Positions 1-11,688 of a stretch of DNA of 64,000 nt are shown in pieces (the first letter of the stretch is position 1; the number at the start of each line of letters is the position of its first letter). The DNA comes from Octopus bimaculoides (taxonomy: Eukaryota), in assembly GCF_001194135.2 (NCBI RefSeq), contig NC_068982.1, forward strand, positions 25,883,825-25,947,824. Direction: 5' to 3'. The notes under the pieces were generated by a model. It saw nothing but the letters and a program-made list of their open reading frames with translations. It was not told the origin of the DNA and ran no database searches. A program made the translations under genes and the position numbers.

Positions 1-97
1 TATATATATATATATATATATATAAAGAGATATATGAAAAGTGTACGAACAAAAAGAAATGCGTGTGCGCTTACATGTTTGCGTGTGAGTGAGTGTG

Positions 98-156
<59 letters not shown>

Positions 157-276
157 ATGTCAGTGTATTGATGTCAATGTATGCATGTGTTTGTATGTCT
201 GTGAGTGTATGTCTGTGAGTGTATGTGTATATATATGTAAATGTATGAGCATGGGGATATATATATGTATGTATGC

Positions 277-334
<58 letters not shown>
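1..334. repeat. Compound microsatellite block: (TA)n, (TG)n, (GATA)n
   Basis: Read directly; (GATA) run at about 277-334. Explains ORFs 71..349, 160..444 and 174..386. Confidence 0.95.
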
Positions 335-1499
335 TCTGAACAATTGCAAGTCCTGAATGTCCTTGCTTGTGCATTAAGCCGGTCATGCCGCACTAGCAAT
401 ACAAGCACCATCCCCATCGTAGTGCATGATATATTCTTCCACAAGGAAGAAGATGAAAGTCAACGGAAGCAAAGAAAGCCAAAGTATAAAGACTGGTGAA
501 TATCGTTAATGACTCGAAGATTCAGGAGGTTTTAAACAGAGGGAGAGAGAGAGAGAGAGAATGAAAGAGCGTTCTTGTTCACAATCATGCTACCGTAGCG
601 AAGCAGTACCACGATCTTGTAGTGTATTCAAACAGAAAGAAAAAAGAATTGTTAAGTTGATTGTGCCAAGGGAAGGTTATGTAAAATGGACATATGCACA
701 AAAGCGTCTAAAGAATGAACAGCTAAAGGAGTTGTGTGGGGGCTCTGCGGTAGTAATGTTCAGCTTTTCTATTTGAAGTGGGGTGTCGTAAGTTTGAAGT
801 ATGTGGCTTCCATGTTTTGCCAGGAAGATATACGAGGGAGTGCTGAACTGTTCCTGGTTTTAAGGGTGTCGTGAAAGGCCAGGTCGGAGGCCCAACCTTC
901 TGAGTTCTTTTACAGGGCTTACAAAAACTGAGGGACCGCTGCAATAAGTGTGTGAATCTGAGAGGGGAATATGTTGAGAGGAATATTTTAAATTTGCATG
1001 TTTTCTGTGTCTGCCTTCAAAATACTTGAATGCATTCAGTTGATTTGTTTTTCTTCGTGATACCTATAGATTCACTGTGATGCAATCGATTCCCAGCTTT
1101 CCAGTTGATTATTGTCCCTCTTCAGTACCGTTTTAGGACAGCCTTATATCTTAACTTCAGTTTGTAACCGGTCTTTACCGAAAACATAGTTCTCCATAAA
1201 CTAGGAAATTAAGAATTTTTCCAGCCCTCATACGAGCTATATGGCCTGCTCGCCTCAATCTATTACGTCACAAGAAATCTGGACCACAAACCCAAAACAT
1301 GAAAACACGGGAATCATCGAATCCATTTTGATCGTGGTTTACTGCATGATAACCGTTGTAAGGTGACTTCAACCCACCAGCCGAGGACCATATCCGACAT
1401 AGCTAAACGGCGCTTGAGTTATCAACAACCAACATTCGGATCGAAAATATTCTTTAACTGTTATTCTACCTATAGATCAAAGTTCAATTTCTCTCCTTC

Positions 1500-1592
1500 T
1501 CATAGTTATTGTTGTTGGAGTTACTGCTGTTGTTATTGTTATCTTTGCTGCTGCTGCTGTTGTTGTTGTTGTGGTGGTGGTGGTGGTGGTTA
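1500..1592. repeat. Trinucleotide microsatellite (TGT/TGC/GGT)n
   Basis: gttattgttgttgg...gctgctgctgctgttgttgttgttgtggtggtggtggt. Confidence 0.9.
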
Positions 1593-2619
1593 ATGACATG
1601 TGAAAGCCAGATTATTGTTGATAACTTAAATCCGCTTCGGTTATATAATTACATTTTATGCAAACCCAAAATAATTTGAACACAAAATCTTTTTAACACC
1701 CTATATTTATAATAGTTGTTCCCCCTGTGGTTTCAATAGAAATCGGGTTCTTCGATCCCCTTTGTTTATTTCTTATGAATAACTTGCAAATCCATATATA
1801 TATATGTATATAAAAACAAATAATAAATGAGTATATGCATATATACGTACAGGTACGTGCATACCTACGTCTACCTGTATATATAGGTGCATATCTGGAT
1901 ACAGGACATTGCAAACAAAACGTAGACAAGAAAATGATAATAACCAGAGTACAGAAAACACACAAGCCACATAGAGAATATTTTCCTTCATCAGCTACCC
2001 CCGTTTTAACACCGGCGTTTCGAAGAGTTGGGCAGGACGCATCCTTAAAACGGCTCTTCCCATGGACCGCAAATTAAATTTGTATACANNNNNNNNNNNN
2101 NNNNNNNNNNNNNNNNNNNNNNNNNNNNNNNNNNNNNNNNNNNNNNNNNNNNNNNNNNNNNNNNNNNNNNNNNNNNNNNNNNNNNNNNNNNNNNNNNNNN
2201 NNNNNNNNNNNNNNNNNNNNNNNNNNNNNNNNNNNNNNNNNNNNNNNNNNNNNNNNNNNNNNNNNNNNNNNNNNNNNNNNNNNNNNNNNNNNNNNNNNNN
2301 NNNNNNNNNNNNNNNNNNNNNNNNNNNNNNNNNNNNNNNNNNNNNNNNNNNNNNNNNNNNNNNNNNNNNNNNNNNNNNNNNNNNNNNNNNNNNNNNNNNN
2401 NNNNNNNNNNNNNNNNNNNNNNNNNNNNNNNNNNNNNNNNNNNNNNNNNNNNNNNNNNNNNNNNNNNNNNNNNNNNNNNNNNNNNNNNNNNNNNNNNNNN
2501 NNNNNNNNNNNNNNNNNNNNNNNNNNNNNNNNNNNNNNNNNNNNNNNNNNNNNNNNNNNNNNNNNNNNNNNNNNNNNNNNNNNTATATATATATGGAAGT
2601 CTCAGTATTGCTAGTTTAG

Positions 2620-2945
2620 AGAATTTAGACTTGGTCAGTATTTTCTTATGAAGTGTATTTCCTTGCTAATGCGTTCATTTTGGCTAGCATTGTCTTTGAA
2701 TTTGTATAGTGGAAACGTTGTGAATTTGGGAAATTTGTTGTAAGCACATTCGTCGATATGCTGGCTGAGAGGTATTTTCCTGTTTTCTGGGAACCTAATT
2801 TGAGATTTGTGCACCGCCATCCTCTGACGTAGGCTGTTTTTGTGTGTCCAATATATTGCAGTTTACATCCAGAGCATGTAATTATGTAGATCAAGTTCTC
2901 CGATGCACATATAAAATTAGTTTTTATTGTGAAATTATGGCCTTG
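2620..2945 (-). mobile_element. Penelope-like retroelement fragment, GIY-YIG endonuclease C-terminus (frameshifted)
   Basis: HNFTIKTNFICASENLIYIITCSGCKLQYIGHT continues after a frameshift as RMAVHKSQIRFPENRKIPLSQHIDEC...KEIHFIRKY. The LIY-x-TC-x-C-x-YIG pattern is typical of PLE GIY-YIG domains. Confidence 0.85.
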
Positions 2946-4423
2946 TTCTAATCGGTGTTCCGATCCTTCACAACGACGACTCCTACTACTACTATTATTA
3001 TTATTACTGCTGCTGGTTATTCGATGGCTACAACCACTCCTAGAAAACAAGACTTGACCACTATTTAATTTACAAAAACAGATAGTAGTAATTTACTATC
3101 GCAGCGAGTTGAACTTACCATGTCTCGAGAACGAAAGGACCACGTGCGCATGCAAGAAATAACAGTAAACTATGAATGTTATTCTTAATTTTAATTTCAA
3201 TTTTATTTTATTAATAGCCCTCTTCTCTTCTCACATATTTTATACTCATTTTTATAAGTTTTTTTTAAAAAGAAAAACGAAACTTGTAATGCAAATTAAT
3301 TAAAACACTCATTTTTTTTTTAAAGTCGTATTTTCATTTTTGTTTATCTTTAATATATATATATATGTGTGTGTGTATATATNNNNNNNNNNNNNNNNNN
3401 NNNNNNNNNNNNNNNNNNNNNNNNNNNNNNNNNNNNNNNNNNNNNNNNNNNNNNNNNNNNNNNNNNNNNNNNNNNNNNNNNNNNNNNNNNNNNNNNNNNN
3501 NNNNNNNNNNNNNNNNNNNNNNNNNNNNNNNNNNNNNNNNNNNNNNNNNNNNNNNNNNNNNNNNNNNNNNNNNNNNNNNNNNNNNNNNNNNNNNNNNNNN
3601 NNNNNNNNNNNNNNNNNNNNNNNNNNNNNNNNNNNNNNNNNNNNNNNNNNNNNNNNNNNNNNNNNNNNNNNNNNNNNNNNNNNNNNNNNNNNNNNNNNNN
3701 NNNNNNNNNNNNNNNNNNNNNNNNNNNNNNNNNNNNNNNNNNNNNNNNNNNNNNNNNNNNNNNNNNNNNNNNNNNNNNNNNNNNNNNNNNNNNNNNNNNN
3801 NNNNNNNNNNNNNNNNNNNNNNNNNNNNNNNNNNNNNNNNNNNNNNNNNNNNNNNNNNNNNNNNNNNNNNNNNNNNNNNNNNNNNNNNNNNNNNNNNNNN
3901 NNNNNNNNNNNNNNNNNNNNNNNNNNNNNNNNNNNNNNNNNNNNNNNNNNNNNNNNNNNNNNNNNNNNNNNNNNNNNNNNNNNNNNNNNNNNNNNNNNNN
4001 NNNNNNNNNNNNNNNNNNNNNNNNNNNNNNNNNNNNNNNNNNNNNNNNNNNNNNNNNNNNNNNNNNNNNNNNNNNNNNNNNNNNNNNNNNNNNNNNNNNN
4101 NNNNNNNNNNNNNNNNNNNNNNNNNNNNNNNNNNNNNNNNNNNNNNNNNNNNNNNNNNNNNNNNNNNNNNNNNNNNNNNNNNNNNNCTTGTTTCTTTCTG
4201 TGTTCCTTTCTGTGGAAGAGCGTAGGCTCGAAACGTTAAAGACTTTTTCACTTCCCGAGCGTTAAACTAATACATCTGTCTGTTGCCTACACCACCTGTC
4301 TTCGTCTTTTGGGGGTTTTTTTGTGAATTCTCCCCTATATGTGTGTGTGTGTGTGTGTGTTAAATAAAATAAGTCAAGGCCAAGGCGATTTGATATTCTT
4401 AGGACATTTATAAATAGAAAGGT

Positions 4424-4468
4424 GGTCTTACAGCTGTTTCAGGGAAATAAATGATATCCCATCATCAA
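4424..4468 (-). ncRNA. Hammerhead-ribozyme-like motif (degenerate, type I, PLE-style)
   Basis: Minus strand TTGATGA-TGGGA-tatcatttatt-TCCCT-GAAAC-AGCT-GTA: core with C3 changed to U, stem II, GAAA, palindromic stem III ACAGCTGT, GUA cleavage triplet. Confidence 0.5.
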
Positions 4469-4913
4469 ACGATGAGTTAAAAGACCTTCAATAGAAGGAA
4501 ACTGTAAAGTTCATTTTTTTAGAAGTTATTCCGGAGCAGGGGAGACATACAAGAAATTAGATATAATGCAGAAAATATAGAAGGAAAATACGAAAATAAA
4601 AATACATGTGGGTCGTTAAAGTTGCTGTTCTTTTATCCAACACAAAGAATTAACACCTGCATTTGAAATAGCAACATATGAATTCTTATCGGACTTTACA
4701 CATCATGGACAAGAAGACTCTTTACTCATTCTACACGACACATTTCTTGAATAACGGAACAACTTTAACATCCATTATGTATTTTTATTTTCAATTTTTC
4801 TATGTTCAAATTTTTTCTTTATACTTTGGGCATTTCTTGTATATCTCTCCCTCTCCAGAATAACTTCTAAAGAAATGAACTCTACTAATTCTTTCTGTTG
4901 AAACTCTATTAAA

Positions 4914-4964
4914 TCGTCTTTGCTGATGAAATATCATTTATTTCCCTGAAACAGCTTTAAGACC
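4914..4964 (+). ncRNA. Hammerhead-ribozyme-like motif (degenerate second copy)
   Basis: CTGATGA-Aatatcatttatttccct-GAAAC-AGCT-TTA: perfect CUGAUGA core, but the stem II GGG is missing and the stem III G is changed to T. Confidence 0.4.
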
Positions 4965-5409
4965 ACCTTTCTATTTATACATGTCCTAGGAATATCAAAT
5001 CGCCTTGGCCTTATTTTATCTTAACATATACACGCTCCCACACGACTTGCCTTAGGCGCCTTACTCGTGCTATTATTGAACCGGGAGCTTAACAGCGGTC
5101 CTTCCGTAGCGCTTACATAGCCTTACCTACTTTTTGGGTCTTCTGGATATCAAAACATTTCATATCATATATATGTATGCATATATATATATATANNNNN
5201 NNNNNNNNNNNNNNNNNNNNNNNNNNNNNNNNNNNNNNNNNNNNNNNNNNNNNNNNNNNNNNNNNNNNNNNNNNNNNNNNNNNNNNNNNNNNNNNNNNNN
5301 NNNNNNNNNNNNNNNNNNNNNNNNNNNNNNNNNNNNNNNNNNNNNNNNNNNNNNNNNNNNNNNNNNNNNNNNNNNNNNNNNNNNNNNNNNNNNNNNNNNN
5401 ATATATCGT

Positions 5410-5731
5410 GAAGGCGCGTGGCTTAGCGGTTAGGGCATTCGGCTCACGATCGTAAGGTCGTGAGTTCAATTCCCGGCGATGCGTTGTGTCCTCAAGCAAG
5501 TCACTTTATTTCACGTTACTCCAGTCCACTCACCTGGCAAAAATGAGTAGTACCTGTATTTCAAAGGGCCGGCCTTGTCACACTCTGTGTCACGCTGAAT
5601 CTCCCTGAGAACTACGTTAAGGGCGCGCGTGTCAGTGGAGTGCTCAGCTACTTGCGCGTTAATTTCACGAGCGAGCTGTTCCGTTGATCGTATCAGCTGG
5701 GACTCTCGTCGTCATAACCGACGGAGTGCTC

Positions 5732-5732
<1 letters not shown>
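5410..5732 (+). mobile_element. tRNA-derived SINE, near full length
   Basis: A box TGGCTTAGCGG (5419-5429), B box GTTCAATTC (5464-5472), CORE-like TTGTGTCCTCAAGCAAGTCACTT, and a (CA)n tail. Confidence 0.85.
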
Positions 5733-5764
<32 letters not shown>

Positions 5765-5767
5765 GTA

Positions 5768-5806
<39 letters not shown>

Positions 5807-5829
5807 TGTACATACATATATTATATACA

Positions 5830-6400
5830 TACATTTATAACAGATCGGGCACGGGTGAGAACGATGGTGGGGTGGTCCCCATTGAGTGAGGTGGCGAGTT
5901 CGGATTGTGTCTGGAAGCCATGGTTGTCACTACAGAACCAACAGAGACGGAGGAAATGAGAGTAAAGGATGGACAGTTTGGTGTGGGCAGAGTAGGAGGA
6001 AAAGTGGGTGGGAGTGGGAGTCTGTAGTAAGAGTAGAGTGGTGGATGGTAATGGAAATATCGAGAAAATTGACAGGTCTTGGAGAGATAGTAGGAGAATC
6101 CAAGAGTGGAACTGAAAGACTGGACGAAAGACAGGAAGGGTCCAGTGAGTTCACACCAATATAGTCGTTGACGTAACAACCGTATAGCTCGGTAGTGGAA
6201 CCGGTGAACTGGGAGAATATCTGGGCCTCAACATAGCCAACAAACAAGTTTGCATAGTTGGGGGCTATTCTCGTTTCCATGGCCACTCACAAAACATGAA
6301 GCAAGCAAGAAGCAATTTAAGGAGAAGATCAAAAGGAGGAGGGTTGAGGGACCAGGCTGAGGATCAGGATGCAGATTAAGAAAGTGTTTTAATGTGAGGC
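5830..6400 (-). mobile_element. Penelope-like retroelement reverse transcriptase fragment
   Basis: AMETRIAPNYANLFVGYVE (RT GxAMGxxxAPxYANLF motif), YVNDYIG (decayed YxDD) and VNFLDISI in ORF 5930..6286. Confidence 0.85.
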
Positions 6401-6727
6401 TTCCATGAGGGATGACAGACAGACAGACACATACATACACGTGCGATTAAAAAACAAATATAAATATTGCAAATTTAGTTTTGTAATAAAAACTGAAGTT
6501 TGTAAAACTAACATAGAAGTAATAAGAAGCAAACTTGACATTTTTATGAAATGTCAAGCTTAATGACCTGTTCACTGACAAAATTCTGTGCTAGGGCTAA
6601 ACTAAAAATGGAAATAAGATGCACAGTCTCACACGCGCACACCAACAAGCATGTACAAACGTATGCAGATACTTACATACATATATACAAACATGATCCA
6701 TCTATCCACAAACATATGTGAGTGTGA

Positions 6728-6768
<41 letters not shown>

Positions 6769-7181
6769 NNNNNNNNNNNNNNNNNNNNNNNNNNNNNNNN
6801 NNNNNNNNNNNNNNNNNNNNNNNNNNNNNNNNNNNNNNNNNNNNNNNNNNNNNNNNNNNNNNNNNNNNNNNNNNNNNNNNNNNNNNNNNNNNNNNNNNNN
6901 NNNNNNNNNNNNNNNNNNNNNNNNNNNNNNNNNNNNNNNNNNNNNNNNNNNNNNNNNNNNNNNNNNNNNNNNNNNNNNNNNNNNNNNNNNNNNNNNNNNN
7001 NNNNNNNNNNNNNNNNNNNNNNNNNNNNNNNNNNNNNNNNNNNNNNNNNNNNNNNNNNNNNNNNNNNNNNNNNNNNNNNNNNNNNNNNNNNNNNNNNNNN
7101 NNNNNNNNNNNNNNNNNNNNNNNNNNNNNNNNNNNNNNNNNNNNNNNNNNNNNNNNNNNNNNNNNNNNNNNNNNNNNNNNN

Positions 7182-7225
<44 letters not shown>

Positions 7226-7379
7226 GCACACACACAGTTTTACGTTTTTTTATGTGGTCAAGCTGGCTACATGTATACATAATCTTAAACACGCGTGCGC
7301 ATGCATATCGTAATTCCTGTATGTTGTTGAATTCCTTTTAAACATCATCATGGTTGAGACAATAAATGAGCGGCGCCTT

Positions 7380-7740
7380 CTGATTCCTTGGAGGATAAGG
7401 AGTCTTTTATTTTTAAATCATTTTTATTAATGGTATTCCAGGAAACTGTATGGTGTTTTGTCTATTCTAGCTCAATTAGTATTTTGATGAAGTCTACACC
7501 ATCCTAGTTCTAACACATTCCAGATGGTTAGTCTGGGATATCAGAATAAGCGAAATGCATCTAGACATCCTTTAAAATTCGCGAGAGGAACCTTTCGTTA
7601 ATGTTCTTAGGCTTTATGGGAAGGAAGTTATTCAACTGTGAGTCTTTAAATAGCTTAGTATTGCTGCTGTGTGGATTCCTGCTGCGTAAAAGAGAAGAAA
7701 GAAGTTGGAGGTTGTCTGGCAGTGCTTTTACTTTACAGTA
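7380..7740 (-). mobile_element. CR1/L2-clade LINE reverse transcriptase fragment (decayed)
   Basis: DNLQLLSSLL...SQLNNFLP...LSRILKDV then ...HTVSWNTI resemble the PxSNLxxLSKLLE, LLRILxDV and AFDTV segments of CR1/L2 RT; several stops. Confidence 0.55.
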
Positions 7741-8509
7741 AACTTTCACATCAGTACAGAGCATAATATCAATTAATGAATGTGTGTGAACCGAATGCAC
7801 GCGCGAACGTGTGTGTGCGTGTGTCTCGAAACTTGGCTGAATGGTTACTCAGTTCACTTCGTTTTCAAGAGGTCCTTGTTTGACCCTATTGCATTGCAAC
7901 CCGGGCAACTATTTATCATAGCCACTCCAAGCCTCATTAGTGAAATATGGTCAAAGAAGTTTGAGAGGAAGCAGATAAAGAAAGAAGACATTACTGTAGG
8001 CCTCAAGGTGATAAATTCCAGACTACCTACTTACCAACATATTTTTTAAAAAGTAAAAAATTTTTACCTCTCTCTTCTTTCCTTTGAGAAGACTACAGGG
8101 ACTTTTATTCCACCTTTTTTTTTTCATCATGACGGTAGAGAAGTTTAAAATACCATCTAAATTTATAAAACATGGCCATTTGTCTGAGCCCTTCCAATCC
8201 TTACAAATCTCCAGATACTGTATGAGAAACGAAATATATTACTGATATCTATATGCTTTGCCAAGTTCAGAAACAAAGCATTTTAATTGAGTTACTTTGA
8301 AGGATTTTAGTCAATGAATCGACCCCAGTATTCCTTTTTAAAGATGGTACCTACCCTATCGGACTCTTTTGCCAAACTGCTACGTTATGGGGACGTAAAC
8401 ATACAAGTTGTTAAGTGGGGGGGGGGGNNNNNNNNNNNNNNNNNNNNNNNNNNNNNNNNNNNNNNNNNNNNNNNNNNNNNNNNNNNNNNNNNNNNNNNNN
8501 NNNNNNNNA

Positions 8510-8542
<33 letters not shown>

Positions 8543-8822
8543 ATTTAATGGTCACATCAAGAACATATGCAATCATATCAATTCAGTCAGAGCTTTGCTG
8601 GGTCAACAATAAGGTAAGGTAAATTCTGGAAGCCAAGGGAACTGGTAACAATGAGCAAAAATTAATCTATACAAAGATATGTTAGAGTTACATAACATCA
8701 AATGCCATGAACATCAAAGAATCTCTTGTCCTTTATTTTCTGAGGTTGGTTGGATGGAAGGAAGAGGGAAAGAGAAGTTGTGTTGTCATTTGAGTGGTAG
8801 GTAAAGGAATAATTCAAATGTG

Positions 8823-8872
8823 AAATAAAAATAAAACGAAAAACCTGAAATTTGTTTTCATATAGTTTTATT
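8823..8872 (-). terminator. Candidate distal polyadenylation signal of the alpha-catenin transcript
   Basis: On the minus strand: AATAAA (8872-8867), CA about 20 nt downstream (8847-8846), then U-rich GGTTTTTCGTTTTATTTTTATTT. No transcript evidence. Confidence 0.35.
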
Positions 8873-10180
8873 CCATTTTCTTTGTTTTATACAGATTTTT
8901 AATACATATAGATACTCTCTACATATCCAGTGATTTCATGACAAATAGAAAACAAGAAAAAAAAAAAGACTATACAATAAAATAAGATTTTCATTTATCA
9001 AAAATTTTCATACAGCAAAAAAATATTTTATTGAATTTCATTTTCTTTTCAGTTATATTTTTGTCCACATCAAAATTAAGATTTTTGAGTTTCCATGTCC
9101 CAGTGTTTTCATCAGAGATGAATGCTAAATCTACATTCTGGCATTTATTAGGATTCAATATTAGCTCTGCGTGTGAATGAATATAAAGCAAAGAAAGTTA
9201 AAAAAAAAATAATAATACAATGTTATTTTTAAAGTCAAATATTATTTCATTAATATACGACAAAACTAAATTAGAGAAAAGACAAAATATTGTAAAATAT
9301 TAAATTTGTAACAATTATACATATAAAAAAAGAAAAAAATATGGAATGAATTTCATCACATGAAAATACAAAAACACCCACACATACTGGAAAGTATAAC
9401 AAAGATATGGGGTTTCTGACAATGCATTTTGCATATTAAACCCTATCAAGAGTCATACATTTTTGTATGTATGTATGTATGTATGTAGAAGTAAAATTGT
9501 GAATTCTTAAAGCTTTTGAGTAACATTAATCCCAAGTAAATATGCCTTTAATATATTATAGAAATAAACTCCTCCACAGATCTTGAATAAATCCATATAG
9601 GCTCCATTTTAATTAAACTATTTCTAACATAAGCACAAAACCATTTTGTTTTGCTGTTTATTTATTTTTATTTTTATTTTTTTTTGTGGAGGGTAGTATA
9701 ATGATGATCTACATTCTAATCTTCACCGATATATATTTTAATCAACCCCTTGGAAGGATGAAAGGCAATGTCAACTTTTGTATGATTTGAGCTCAGGGAC
9801 ATAACTAAATACTAACCCCATGATCTACTAATTCTGTCAGCCAGTCACCTTGGGGAAAAAGATAATTGATAGGGTATTTTTTTTTTTATTATTATCAATG
9901 TTAATGATACAGGTACAAGGCCAGAAATTTTGAAGAAGGATCACAATGAAAACAACGTTGAGAATGATGATGATGATAATGATGATGACTGCTATTTTTG
10001 CTGTGGAGTGGAAATGAAGTTATACTTTCAAAATAATCTACTTATGATGATCCAATACAGTTTGAGCATAACGAAAAGCATTAACACATGAAGCCAGTTT
10101 TATATGAGAGTGGAAGAAGACAGATTGTTCAAGAAAATTTTCTCTAGAATTATTAATTTTGCAAAGATGACAGCTCCAAA

Positions 10181-10400
10181 TAATATTCTCTTCTACTCTA
10201 GGCACAAGGCCCGAAATTTTAGGGGAGAGGGCCAGTTGATTAGATTGACCCCAGTATGCAAATGACACTTAATTTATCAACCCCGAAAGGATGAAAGGCA
10301 AAGTCGACCTTGGAGGAATTTGAACTCAGAAGGTAAAGACAGACGAAATACTGCTAAACATATCGCCCAAAGTGCTAACATTTCTGACAGCTTGCTGCCT
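10181..10400 (-). mobile_element. tRNA-derived SINE (family with GGCACAAGGCC-type tail)
   Basis: Minus strand head AGGCAGCAAGCTGTCAGAAATGTTAGCA, B box GAGTTCAAATTCC, GTCGACTTTGCCTTTCATCCTTTCGGGG body. Related decayed copies at about 9720-9850, 34045-34255, 36985-37190, 51700-51925, 62080-62260 (-) and 29545-29700 (+). Confidence 0.85.
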
Positions 10401-10615
10401 TTCCAAATAAGAATATTAAGAGAACATTGCTGTCAACTACATTGTCAGAACAGTTAATTAGAAACAATGCAAACATTGAATTCTGGACTTGAACTCTGCA
10501 TTACAGACTAAGTAAATATTCAAATTTTACTGCTTCTACTCAAAATGAGTGTTTGTATGGGTTTATGCATGCATGTGCATATTACACACACAAGGGAACC
10601 TATGTATAACTAGAT

Positions 10616-11087
10616 TTGTGGTTCTCAACCTTGTGGGCTTAGCAGCCCCTTTTATGGATCATGGAATGGCTTTTTACACACACACACACACACAAAGATA
10701 AAAAGCTCGATCGTTTTAATCAAAGAAGCTAATTTTGCACGGTAGTTTATCTCATTCAGTAGGTGTCACTCTTTAGACATTTGCATGACCAGTGCTCTTT
10801 ATGTTACACTTTTCTGGAAACAACTAAGGAAGATGAGAACATATGTAGTAAAATAATATTGGACCTTGGCACATTATCATTCAAGTTTCTGCTTACAAAT
10901 AACACAATGTCCAATTTATGTTTTAAATCAGAATTTTTTTAATGTGTTTAAAATCTGAGTATTCAGGTTATTTCTAAGAAAGAAACAATGACTTCCACTC
11001 TCTAGTGCACCCCTTGATGTTTGCTACCCTCTTTTCATCTCACAAAACCTGCAAGAAGGGGGTTACTGCCCAGGTTAAGAACCACTA
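10616..11087. mobile_element. hAT/Charlie-like MITE
   Basis: Terminal inverted repeats TTGTGGTTCTCAACCT and (rc) TAGTGGTTCTTAACCT. The 8-bp flanks aactagat and aattaaaa match at 5 of 8 positions (decayed TSD). Confidence 0.55.
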
Positions 11088-11423
11088 AATTAAAATGTCT
11101 AGTTCAAATTCGTATTGATATTCAGTCATATCATGAAAGGGATTATTTCTCAATCGACTGAATAAGATTGCAGCTAAGGCAGAGATAGATGATCTCCACT
11201 ACTACCTTAAGCAGCAGCCTATTTTAGAAATGCAACTTAAGTACACAAGAGTCTGTGATAAAAGATTCTTCTGAAACTGTATTTCATCAGCACCCCATAG
11301 AGCTACTTTGCATCTATCAAGTCATGAAAACATTACTCTTGAATGTTATACAACTTGATAGAAAGAAGGAAAATTAATTAGGGTAGACTAAAGTAATTGT
11401 GTGCACAAAATTATTATATATAT

Positions 11424-11459
<36 letters not shown>

Positions 11460-11621
11460 TAGTAGCACAAGATCTGCAAAAGCAAGGTATGCAAATAAAA
11501 CCAATTTTAATATAAGTTGTTTTTAAAAGGGTTGGCTAGAAAAGAGAAACGTACATGTCATATGTACCCTACTTTAGTTGTATGATTATGATTTATAAAA
11601 TCAGATACTCTGACATCAACA

Positions 11622-11688
<67 letters not shown>

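Larger units (their letters stand above)
4358..5026. mobile_element. Fold-back (inverted-repeat) non-autonomous element, probably Penelope pLTR-derived
   Basis: 4358-4625 is the reverse complement of about 4760-5026. The outer ~75 bp are nearly identical and the inner part is diverged. Each arm carries a hammerhead-like motif. Confidence 0.7.

Noticed and set aside
71-444. ORFs with YLSI, HT and IY repeats, here and at many (TA)n/(TG)n tracts
   Set aside because: They are translations of microsatellites.
723-944. ORF KVGPPTWPFTTPLKPGTVQHSL as a gene or classifiable TE domain
   Set aside because: Probably a repeat fragment, but I recognise no diagnostic motif.
1985-2065. Minus-strand GAAAC-GCCG-GTG...CTGATGA with a 9-bp CCGTTTTAA/TTAAAACGG stem as a hammerhead
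   Set aside because: The cleavage position would be G, and the stem II strands do not pair in either topology I tried.
3140-3160. CCACGTGCGCATGCA (E-box plus NRF1-like) as a promoter
   Set aside because: Short isolated motif next to TE fragments, with no associated gene start visible.
5410-5480. A-box/B-box segment as a tRNA gene
   Set aside because: It does not close into a cloverleaf and continues into a SINE body and tail.
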